A stretch of DNA of 52,727 nucleotides from a virus (lineage: Duplodnaviria > Caudoviricetes): positions 1-52,727 of the IMG/VR virus record IMGVR_UViG_3300032050_000188, one strand, 5' to 3'. A model generated the notes under the pieces. That model saw only the letters and a program-made list of their open reading frames with translations, was not told the origin of the DNA and did no database searches. Position numbers and translations under genes: made by a program. Positions 45,689-52,727 of this stretch are shown one piece after another (position 1 is the stretch's first letter; every line of letters begins with the position of its first letter).

Positions 45689-46089
45689 TAGGATCTCCTA
45701 ACAGTTACTGTGTACTTGGATTCGACGTTCATACCCTTGGGCATTTGGTCGGGGTTTGCTTTGAGGTATTCCCCCATCGCACGTTGCGCAATGCGTCTCT
45801 CTAGCAGTTCAAGCGCGTTGTTCTCCTTGATGAAGTTGTGCATAGCCTCCCAGTCGGAGGTCCAGTAGCGTGTATCTACGCCACGAATTACCACGCCAAC
45901 ACCGGGGATGCTGACGTTGCCACCTGCACGCTTGCAGGCTTCTAGCAGGAAGTTCTCAACTACCCGCATCTGCTCTTTGATCTCTTTGTCTTTCGTCTCG
46001 TACTCAGCACTCAACACACTACGCGCATCGCGCATCTTGATGTAGGCCTTGACGAGCTTTTCAGTTGGAGGAAGTTCTTGGTCTTCCAT
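45688..46089 (-). CDS. Conserved phage protein of the replication module
   Basis: LVKAYIKMRD coiled coil, YWTSDW...FI, LLERRIAQ; strong SD CAGGAG. Confidence 0.7.
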   Translation of the reverse strand: MEDQELPPTEKLVKAYIKMRDARSVLSAEYETKDKEIKEQMRVVENFLLEACKRAGGNVSIPGVGVVIRGVDTRYWTSDWEAMHNFIKENNALELLERRIAQRAMGEYLKANPDQMPKGMNVESKYTVTVRRS

Positions 46090-46118
46090 GTTGGTCTCCT
46101 GATGAAGTGAGGGGATAA

Positions 46119-46147
46119 AGTTTACATCGCAACTTTTTAGGCGTCAA
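46119..46147 (-). promoter_or_regulatory. sigma70 promoter for the 46089-SSB-HTH-primase genes
   Basis: TTGACG-17 nt-TAAACT; inverted repeat AAAGTT-N8-AACTTT at 46117-46136. Confidence 0.7.
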
Positions 46148-47678
46148 GCTCCTCCCGATAAAGATTGAGCAGGGTGTCCATGTCTTCGGTCTTGAGGTCC
46201 AGCGCGTCATAGAGCTTGCGCTCCACGTTGCAGCCACACAACCTCACGACGAGACAGGGGTTCTTCTGACCTGCCCGGTGCACGCGGGCGTTGGCTTGGT
46301 GCCAAATTTCGTTGGAGGTCACAGGACCCCACCAGACCACGGTGTTCGCTGCGTGTAGGGTCACGCCGTGCGATGCAGCCGCAGGCTGGATGAGCAGGAT
46401 GCGGGGCTCGGGCTGGGTCTGGAAGTTCTTGAAGATCTCCGTGCGGTTGTTGACAGAGACCCCGCCGTGGATCACATCCACTGCGTACCCATCCTTGCGG
46501 AGCCGGTCGCGCAGCACCTCGATGGCGTGCCTGAACGGAACGAAGACCAGCACCTTGTGGGTGCTCTCCTCGATGGCTTCCACCAGCACGTTGTACCGGT
46601 GCGTGATGTCGAACTCCACCGTGTTGCCGTCGTCTGTGTACACCGCGCCACTGGCTACCTGCAATAGCTTGTTCAGGTTCGTCGCAGCATTAACGGAAGT
46701 GACGGTCTCCCCTGCCGCTGCCATGATGAACTGATCCTTCAGCATCTTGTAATACTTCGCCTGCTGCGGGGTCAACGACACTTCACGCGTGGTGTACAGC
46801 AGTTCAGGCAGGTCCAGGCACTCATCCTTGGTGAAGCGTATCGCGGGTTGAAGCACTCTGTTGACGACCTCCGCTGCGTTCTTCTTCGCCGCCCATTTGA
46901 ACTGGGTGACCTTGTACATCACCTGATCTCTGAAGGAGTAGAAGTGCGGAGGTACGGAGGAAGGATTCAACATACGGGCTATGCCGTATGCGTCTATCGG
47001 AGACTGCGAAGCGGGGGTGCCGGTCGCCATCCATAACCACGTTTCTGGAGTGATGAGTGAGTTGATTGATTTCCATCTTTTAGTTGTAGCAGTCTTCACT
47101 GCATTAGCTTCGTCAATGATGACGAGGTCGAACCCCCCGGCCTTGAGTTCAGGCAGGACTGTCTCTACACCGTCGAAGTTGATGATGACGAACTCAGCCC
47201 CGGAGTTGATGACCTTGACCCGCTTGTCCCTGCTACCGTGTGCTACGTCCACAGTACGGTGCATGATGGTCTTGAACAGGTCCGCCTGCCATGCCGAGTT
47301 CATGATCGACAGCGGGCAGATGACCAGCACGCGTTTGACGTAGCCCTTGTCCAGCAGGTAGTCAGCAGCCCACGCGAAGCTGGCTGTCTTGCCCGTGCCT
47401 GGGTCGTTGAAGCAGAACGCCCTGCGGTGCAGGGTCATGAACGCTGCGGTCTCCCGTTGGTGGTCGAACGGCTTGAACAGCCCCGGCCATTTGTAGCGCC
47501 CCTCGATGGGTGAGGGGACGTTCTTGACCCCGAGGTTCTTCAGGACCTGAGCTTCCTCAAGCCCCCACCGCACCAGCACCTGCCCATCGTCCAGACGCCT
47601 GCTCTTGGGTATGGTGTTGAGCACCCGCTCGGGGTGCCGCAGTTTGAGCAGGAGCGCTTTACTGTCGATGATTTGCAT
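46137..47678 (-). CDS. SNF2-family helicase
   Basis: PGTGKT, VICPLS, IIDEA, ATGTP, HGVTL, QANARVHRAGQ. Confidence 0.9.
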   Translation of the reverse strand: MQIIDSKALLLKLRHPERVLNTIPKSRRLDDGQVLVRWGLEEAQVLKNLGVKNVPSPIEGRYKWPGLFKPFDHQRETAAFMTLHRRAFCFNDPGTGKTASFAWAADYLLDKGYVKRVLVICPLSIMNSAWQADLFKTIMHRTVDVAHGSRDKRVKVINSGAEFVIINFDGVETVLPELKAGGFDLVIIDEANAVKTATTKRWKSINSLITPETWLWMATGTPASQSPIDAYGIARMLNPSSVPPHFYSFRDQVMYKVTQFKWAAKKNAAEVVNRVLQPAIRFTKDECLDLPELLYTTREVSLTPQQAKYYKMLKDQFIMAAAGETVTSVNAATNLNKLLQVASGAVYTDDGNTVEFDITHRYNVLVEAIEESTHKVLVFVPFRHAIEVLRDRLRKDGYAVDVIHGGVSVNNRTEIFKNFQTQPEPRILLIQPAAASHGVTLHAANTVVWWGPVTSNEIWHQANARVHRAGQKNPCLVVRLCGCNVERKLYDALDLKTEDMDTLLNLYREELDA

Positions 47679-47859
47679 TTGTTTTGTAGTAGGTCATGAC
47701 AGCGCCGACAGCATCATGTACGGTAACGCCGCACAGTTGTGCTACGCTTGCGTACACATTTAGTGTTACTTCTAAAGCCTCTCGATTGTCCAAATCTTGG
47801 TCTTGAAGCATTTGAAGCATGAACCCGGCGATTTCTTTAAGTTCAGTTTGTGTAGCCAT
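47659..47859 (-). CDS. Hypothetical protein
   Basis: 66 aa, fills the gap, SD GAGG. Confidence 0.55.
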   Translation of the reverse strand: MATQTELKEIAGFMLQMLQDQDLDNREALEVTLNVYASVAQLCGVTVHDAVGAVMTYYKTNANHRQ

Positions 47860-47861
47860 GA

Positions 47862-48395
47862 TTACCTCAGTGGGAACTTAGCTTCTTCCTGCATCTTCAG
47901 CAGACGCAGGGCTTGGGTCTTGGCATCGTCCAGCGCATGATGTCCGGTGCCTACTCGCTCGATCTTGGTCTTCATGAACATCGCAGCGATGGTGCGGTAG
48001 CAGCGATCATTCCAGTAGTGCCAAGGCGTATCCATCTTCAGCGCCCGGTAGGCAGCGGCCACCAGCGTGTTGTCAAAGTTCGCTCCGTTACCCCAGACCA
48101 ACACCGTGTCAATTGGCGGCATCCACATGGTGAACTTAGTCAGCGCGACATTCAGGCTGAACTCACCCTTGAACGCAGCGGCGCGAGCCTCAGCAGACTG
48201 CTTACCCCACCACTCCAACGTGCTCTTCTGTGCACGAAGTCCTGCTGCTTTGCAGGACTCAGGGTCAATGGTGACGTAGAATTCTTCACCCAACCCGTTC
48301 TCATCGAACTTCACAGCACCGATACTGAGGATGGTATCCCCCGGCCTAGTGCCTAGTGTCTCAATGTCCATCATTACGTTCTTCATTACCGACAT
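47862..48395 (-). CDS. DEDDh 3'-5' exonuclease
   Basis: MDIETLG, WGNGANFD, RCYRT, HHALDDA; start ATG 48395 with SD CAGGAG. Confidence 0.85.
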   Translation of the reverse strand: MSVMKNVMMDIETLGTRPGDTILSIGAVKFDENGLGEEFYVTIDPESCKAAGLRAQKSTLEWWGKQSAEARAAAFKGEFSLNVALTKFTMWMPPIDTVLVWGNGANFDNTLVAAAYRALKMDTPWHYWNDRCYRTIAAMFMKTKIERVGTGHHALDDAKTQALRLLKMQEEAKFPLR

Positions 48396-48475
48396 TTTTA
48401 TCTCCTGATGCAGATAGCAGAACGGCCCGATAGGGGGAACCCATCGAGCCAAGACCCTCGGTCTAGCGCCGAGGA

Positions 48476-48505
48476 AACGAAAGCATAGCCCCAGCGGGGC
48501 TATGC
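48476..48505 (-). terminator. Rho-independent terminator
   Basis: GCATAGCCCC-GCT-GGGGCTATGC then TTTCGTTT. Confidence 0.7.
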
Positions 48506-48506
48506 G

Positions 48507-48776
48507 TCAACGCCCGCCTGAGCGGGGACCTTTGAAATTTTTCGCGCTGTTGGCGCTGAAGCTCTTGAGCCGCACGTTTCCGGGCTTGCTCTTCCCACCA
48601 TCCTTGATGGGGGTCACATGATCGAGGGCTTTGCCCTTTCGAGAATCCTTACCGTGTTCCTTGTCCCAGGCACGGCGTGCACGCTGCCGCTCGGACTGCT
48701 TGGCTCTGCCTCCGTTGGCGAGGAAGTCAGCGTACTCCTTCTTGTGGTCTCGGTCGGACATATCCTTGTAGGGCAT
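48507..48776 (-). CDS. Small HNH-like protein
   Basis: R..ARR...GK.LDHVTPI.DGG....NVRL....N. Confidence 0.6.
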   Translation of the reverse strand: MPYKDMSDRDHKKEYADFLANGGRAKQSERQRARRAWDKEHGKDSRKGKALDHVTPIKDGGKSKPGNVRLKSFSANSAKNFKGPRSGGR

Positions 48777-48813
48777 GGCTCTTCTCCAAAATCAAGTTCC
48801 AGTTGAACCCAGT

Positions 48814-49497
48814 TCATCCGTTGGCTCCGTTGTGTGGGCAGCTTGTTACCACGCAGTGTTTCCTGCACAGACCTGACGGGTTGGGGTTCCAGACGCCAGA
48901 CTTGTACGCCCCTTCCAGCCTGCCGATGTCCTGCATCCACTGCCGCCAGTAGTTCTTCTCCTGCGTCCGGTCGTAGTCCGCCCGCTTGAAGTCGTTCGCC
49001 ACGACGAAGAGCAACCCTGCCCTGACCCTGCGGATCGCCGGGAAGTGCTTGAAGACCATGAGCGCCATCAGTTCCAACTGCGCCGTGTCGGCGTACTTGG
49101 CAGACTTGCCAGTCTTGTAGTCCACGATCCGGGCGATGCCTGTCTCCTCGTTGACGATGAGCAGGTCAGCCACACCCCGGCACCATACATCTTTCGCGTC
49201 GAAGGCACAAGCCTCTAGCTGCTGCGTCAGGCCCATCTTGTACTCACACAGCTTGGTCCCCTCGATGGACCGCAGGGTGTCGAGGTGCGACTTGACGTAG
49301 CTGAACGCCTCAGGCAGGGGGGTGCCATCGCGCACATAGTGCTCAGCCGCTTCGTGGAAACTGCTCCCGTACAGCGTTGCTTCTGTGAACGGCGGCTCCG
49401 TGAAGTTCCTGTAGACCTTGACCTCAGCAAACTGCTTCGGGCATGTCTTGAACTTCTTCAGGGACGAATACGACCAAGCACCGGGCAGACTCATCAC
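48814..49497 (-). CDS. PD-(D/E)xK (Cas4/RecB-like) nuclease
   Basis: WSYSSL..F..CP, G..FH, GVADL, VDYKTGK, QLELMAL, C..HC....C. Confidence 0.85.
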   Translation of the reverse strand: MMSLPGAWSYSSLKKFKTCPKQFAEVKVYRNFTEPPFTEATLYGSSFHEAAEHYVRDGTPLPEAFSYVKSHLDTLRSIEGTKLCEYKMGLTQQLEACAFDAKDVWCRGVADLLIVNEETGIARIVDYKTGKSAKYADTAQLELMALMVFKHFPAIRRVRAGLLFVVANDFKRADYDRTQEKNYWRQWMQDIGRLEGAYKSGVWNPNPSGLCRKHCVVTSCPHNGANG

Positions 49498-49664
49498 TGC
49501 TCCTTCGTAGCCCGAATAGCGTTGTACGTCAGCTTGGCTTCAGCCATCGCAACCAGTGCGTGTTCAAGCGCGGCATCTATGTCGTTTTGCAACATTGCCT
49601 GATGTAGTTCCTTCAGTGCCTTCTCCGCCATCATGCACGGGTAGGCGTAATCAACAATCCCCAT
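49494..49664 (-). CDS. 56-aa helical protein (not in ORF track)
   Basis: MGIVDYAYPCMMAEKALKELHQAML...; SD AGGAAGGA; fills the polymerase-nuclease gap. Confidence 0.65.
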   Translation of the reverse strand: MGIVDYAYPCMMAEKALKELHQAMLQNDIDAALEHALVAMAEAKLTYNAIRATKEQ

Positions 49665-51525
49665 ATGTCCTTCCTATTCCACTTTCACAGTTGATAGGGC
49701 ACCCCTGTGCCCACTTGGGAACCCAGCGCATACATTCTTCAACGTATGCCTGAGCTTGTTCAGCTTCTTCCTCACGGGCAATGGCAGCTACAGCATCATG
49801 CACAGTCAGGACCACATGCAGCTTCTTGGAGATCTTCAGTAGCTGCTGCATCACAACGATGCGGGCCAGCGCTTGCACCACGTTCTCAACCAGCTTGCCA
49901 CCGTAGATGTCCACCAGCCCAGTCTCATCCTTGTACTGCCACGCCTCCATCGCCATGCCGTTCTTGTTCTTCACCCCACGGTGCAGTTGCGGGTAGCTGA
50001 TGTACAGCCCACTGGGCAGCTTGATCCCTTTGCGCCCTTCGACCAGCACGACACCTTCACGACCGAACCACATGGTCTTGTCACTGTGCATGGTCTCAAT
50101 AGCTGCCTCACCTTCACGCCACAGCCTTGTGATGGCAGGGACTGACTGCCGGTATGTGTCAATGATCTGCTTGCATGCGTCCAGTTCCAAGTCCATGTTC
50201 ATTTCGGACGCCTTCAGTGTCACCTGAAGTTTCACTGCACCGGTCTGGTATCCGCAACCAAGCACCACAGTTTTACCTACGAACCGTTCACGCTTATCGG
50301 CTTTCGTTACCTCTCTGCCGAATATCTTTCCAGACATCTTGCAGTACACATCAACACCGTTGGCGAAGTCTTCTACAAGATCTTCCTGCCCCGCCAGCCA
50401 CGCAAGCATCCGCGCCTCGATGTTGGACGAGTCGCAGTCAATGATCACGTAGCCCGGAGGTGCCTCGATACAGCGCTTGAGCTTGTTAGCCTGCGCCCCA
50501 CGAGCCGGGAGGTTTTGCAGGTTTATACCATCAGTGCCGCCCAAGCGGTGGGTTCTCGCAGCGGAATATCGCAGGGGCACCGGGAACAGCGGGCTTCGCC
50601 CCGCCATGTCAATGAACCGTTGCGTGCGGGTCTCCTCCAAGGTGCTCTTGACTCCCATCCGCGCAGCCACCACAGCCTGCACCCGCTCGTCGGGGTGGTC
50701 CAGCAGGGCCTTCATAGCCGGGTCAGTCTTGGCGAAAGCGAACGCTTGCTTGCCCGTGGTCGGGCTGATCTTCATCGGCGGAACAACCCCAAAACTCTCC
50801 AGCACCAAAGCGAACTTCGGGTTGGACATGAGGTCTTCCTTGGCGATGCCCGCGTTGGACAGCAGTTCCTCCTTGCGGCGGATCACATCTGCCAGATGCT
50901 CCTCCAACTGCGCCTTGTTGAGGTGTAGGACAGGCTCGGTGTACATCCTGATGAGCTTGTCGATGAGCTTGAGTTCCTGCGTAGGGTAGGGGTCCCGATG
51001 ATCGAACGTCTCCGGGTTATACCAACCGTTGGACATAAGGAAGAACAACTCATGGCATAGCTCTACGTCATGCAGGCAGTAGTCAGCGTACTTGGCGAAC
51101 TCCTCCGGAGTGAAGTCAGCCCTGCGTTTGCCCATCGCGTTCTGCACCTCAGTGCCCTTGTCCTCCAGCCCGTAACGCTTGGCAAGCAAAGCCAGCGAGT
51201 TGCCCTTCATCCCGAACATGGCACGGGCCATAGACAGGGTGTCCAGCCACGCAGCAGGCTTCACCCCGAACCGCCACGCGAGAATGGCGGCATCGAACAA
51301 TGTGTTGTGCGCCAGCACCGCGTACTTGCCCCACTCGATGGCATCCAGCCGGTACTGCACCTCTGCTTCGGTGCCAGTGATGATCTCCTTCTTTCCGTCC
51401 GGCCAGCGTATGCCCAGCATGATGACCTCGAAACGTGGGTCCCGAACGTAGGCTTCCATCGTCATCTTCGATAATGAAAACTCCTTGTCGTAGTACGTTT
51501 CGAAGTCTACCGTTAGGATGTCCAC
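49651..51525 (-). CDS. polA: DNA polymerase, family A
   Basis: Exonuclease DFET, AHN..FD, YC..D; NLQNLP; motif A DSSNIEAR; motif B RFVGKTVVLGCGY; motif C VHD. Confidence 0.92.
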   Translation of the reverse strand: MDILTVDFETYYDKEFSLSKMTMEAYVRDPRFEVIMLGIRWPDGKKEIITGTEAEVQYRLDAIEWGKYAVLAHNTLFDAAILAWRFGVKPAAWLDTLSMARAMFGMKGNSLALLAKRYGLEDKGTEVQNAMGKRRADFTPEEFAKYADYCLHDVELCHELFFLMSNGWYNPETFDHRDPYPTQELKLIDKLIRMYTEPVLHLNKAQLEEHLADVIRRKEELLSNAGIAKEDLMSNPKFALVLESFGVVPPMKISPTTGKQAFAFAKTDPAMKALLDHPDERVQAVVAARMGVKSTLEETRTQRFIDMAGRSPLFPVPLRYSAARTHRLGGTDGINLQNLPARGAQANKLKRCIEAPPGYVIIDCDSSNIEARMLAWLAGQEDLVEDFANGVDVYCKMSGKIFGREVTKADKRERFVGKTVVLGCGYQTGAVKLQVTLKASEMNMDLELDACKQIIDTYRQSVPAITRLWREGEAAIETMHSDKTMWFGREGVVLVEGRKGIKLPSGLYISYPQLHRGVKNKNGMAMEAWQYKDETGLVDIYGGKLVENVVQALARIVVMQQLLKISKKLHVVLTVHDAVAAIAREEEAEQAQAYVEECMRWVPKWAQGCPINCESGIGRTYGDC

Positions 51526-51815
51526 AATGACCTTTCATGGAACCACTCTTCAAGCAGTTCCGTTGTGTCTTCACGCACTACCATAGCCGAGCCCCCGGCT
51601 TTGTGGATCTCCGCCATCTCGCGCTCTTGCAGGGCGGTGGGCTTGTTAAAGCCTGCCTTGCATTCTACACCCAAGAACATGCCTCGATAGCACACGATGA
51701 TGTCTGGTATACCCGCACGACCGTAGCCGTTCTGCGCAGGAAAGAAGTAGTAGCCCTTGTACTTCTTGATGATGTCCACGCAGCGGGACTTAACTTTCGA
51801 TTCGGGGGTGGCCAT
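51513..51815 (-). CDS. VRR-NUC nuclease
   Basis: TPE.KV, G..GIPDII, GVECK, PTALQ, AGG.A.VV. Confidence 0.85.
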   Translation of the reverse strand: MATPESKVKSRCVDIIKKYKGYYFFPAQNGYGRAGIPDIIVCYRGMFLGVECKAGFNKPTALQEREMAEIHKAGGSAMVVREDTTELLEEWFHERSLWTS

Positions 51816-52035
51816 CGTTGAACTCCTCTACTTCAATCAGTTTCTGGATGTAATGCGCTGCTTTACGTAGGTCTTGCACGCCACCCTTGTGCTTCCAGCG
51901 GGACAGGTACTTGACGGCATTACCGTCGAGGTAGCCGAGTTCCCAGTCGAGGATTACGTTCCACGTTTCGTACTTAAATTTCTTGTAGTGTGTGCCGCCA
52001 TGCTGCACATCATCAGCGTTTTGTGTTGGTTGCAT
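51790..52035 (-). CDS. DUF3310 protein (T7 gp1.7-like nucleotide kinase)
   Basis: GGTHY, GNAVKYLSR..KGG..DL.KA.HY. Confidence 0.8.
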   Translation of the reverse strand: MQPTQNADDVQHGGTHYKKFKYETWNVILDWELGYLDGNAVKYLSRWKHKGGVQDLRKAAHYIQKLIEVEEFNDGHPRIES

Positions 52036-52065
52036 TTTGGGGGTTGGTTGATTGGTTTTGGGGTT

Positions 52066-52210
52066 GAGGGGGAGAAACAGATTCCTAGCCCCCTCGGTCT
52101 AGGTTGGGGAGAGCATCACGCGCTACAAACTCCAGCGGGCACGCGTGATGCGTAAGAAAGGCTTCACATCTGTTGGGCTAGAACCAGTCCTACGGTATGC
52201 ACTGCCCGCT
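52066..52210 (-). ncRNA. Candidate multi-pseudoknot structured RNA
   Basis: At least five complementary segment pairs of 5-10 bp, several crossing; see findings. Confidence 0.55.
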
Positions 52211-52225
52211 AAATTAGTGCTACGC

Positions 52226-52441
52226 CTACGGCGCAGGCTTCTTGGTACTTGGATTTATGTGGGGCAGCATTGACAATGCAGCGTCCTTCTCGGTAGGAGT
52301 AGAGGAAGGGCCAGGGACGATCCGCTCCTCGGTCCAAAATTTGTGCAGGTTTGCACATTGGTAGCGACGGCGGCGCGATCCATCTTTGCGCATCCGCGTA
52401 TCCAGAACTTCCGTCCATGTTCCGCACTCGGGGCATTTCAT
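52226..52441 (-). CDS. Zinc-ribbon protein (NrdR N-terminal / Ogr-like)
   Basis: MKCPECG...V.DTR......RRRYQC.N.H.F.T.E; ATGA-coupled start. Confidence 0.7.
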   Translation of the reverse strand: MKCPECGTWTEVLDTRMRKDGSRRRRYQCANLHKFWTEERIVPGPSSTPTEKDAALSMLPHINPSTKKPAP

Positions 52442-52623
52442 TCCTCCTTGTTCTCCGTAAATGATGGGCACTTCTCATCCTCCATGATCCACGGCCCCAT
52501 CCACCACTGGCGGTCGGACTTCGGGTTCACGGGTGAGTTGGCTACGTTGCGTTTACATGCCTTGCAGTATTCAAAGCATGGGTTACCCGCACAGCGGGCA
52601 AAGTCTTGGGCTTCGTATCTCAT
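52438..52623 (-). CDS. Small Cys-rich protein
   Basis: DFARC.G..C..C..C.R...CPSF; ATGA overlaps at both ends. Confidence 0.6.
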   Translation of the reverse strand: MRYEAQDFARCAGNPCFEYCKACKRNVANSPVNPKSDRQWWMGPWIMEDEKCPSFTENKEE

Positions 52624-52727
52624 CTCGACCTCACGCAACGGTACTCGTTAGTCTTGATACTCAATTGACGAGCGGCGTTTTCACACATTTCTTGAGCACT
52701 GATTTTGCGCTCCAAGACCTCTTGATG
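52620..52727 (-). CDS. 3' end of a CDS that starts outside the window
   Basis: Open frame ...HQEVLERKISAQEMCENAARQLSIKTNEYRCVRSR* ending in an ATGA overlap. Confidence 0.5.
   Translation of the reverse strand, partial: HQEVLERKISAQEMCENAARQLSIKTNEYRCVRSR

Noticed and set aside
48420-48506. tRNA gene
   Set aside because: Hairpins are present but there is no acceptor stem, T-loop consensus or CCA end
48814-49497. Cas4 as evidence of a CRISPR system
   Set aside because: Stand-alone Cas4-like nucleases are ordinary in phage replication modules; no array or other cas gene is present
52209-52478. 89-aa minus-strand ORF overlapping the zinc-ribbon gene
   Set aside because: The overlapping frame has the clear zinc-ribbon motif and a coupled start; this frame has no such support

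Overview
The window is most of a tailed dsDNA phage genome (Caudoviricetes, podovirus-like, GC-rich). The host is probably a proteobacterium (inference). The + strand (11-41324) is the late/virion arm: terminase large subunit, portal, GroES-like co-chaperonin, scaffold, Mu gpT-like major capsid, head spike/fibre genes, a cluster of small basic proteins, head-tail and tail genes, holins, lysozyme, and four large internal/ejection proteins. The - strand (41406-52727) is the replication arm: primase-helicase, HTH, SSB-like protein, SNF2 helicase, exonuclease, Cas4-like nuclease, family A DNA polymerase, VRR-NUC and DUF3310. Two free-standing homing endonucleases (GIY-YIG, HNH) each bring their own sigma70-type promoter. 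No integrase, tRNA, rRNA, CRISPR array or reverse transcriptase was seen. The strongest leads are four: (1) a recurrent [FYLM/A]-x-x-G-G motif on otherwise unrelated small proteins and flanking cargo domains in ejection proteins, a candidate capsid-loading or processing tag; (2) a 3'-UTR element at the end of the leftward operon with two antiparallel seeds to the RBS and early CDS of a gene 4.7 kb away, a candidate trans-acting sRNA; (3) a ~145-nt multi-pseudoknot intergenic RNA before an SD-less gene; (4) a fibre-like peptide inside the tail protein, possibly a docking strand. All family assignments come from motif recognition by eye, not from database searches.
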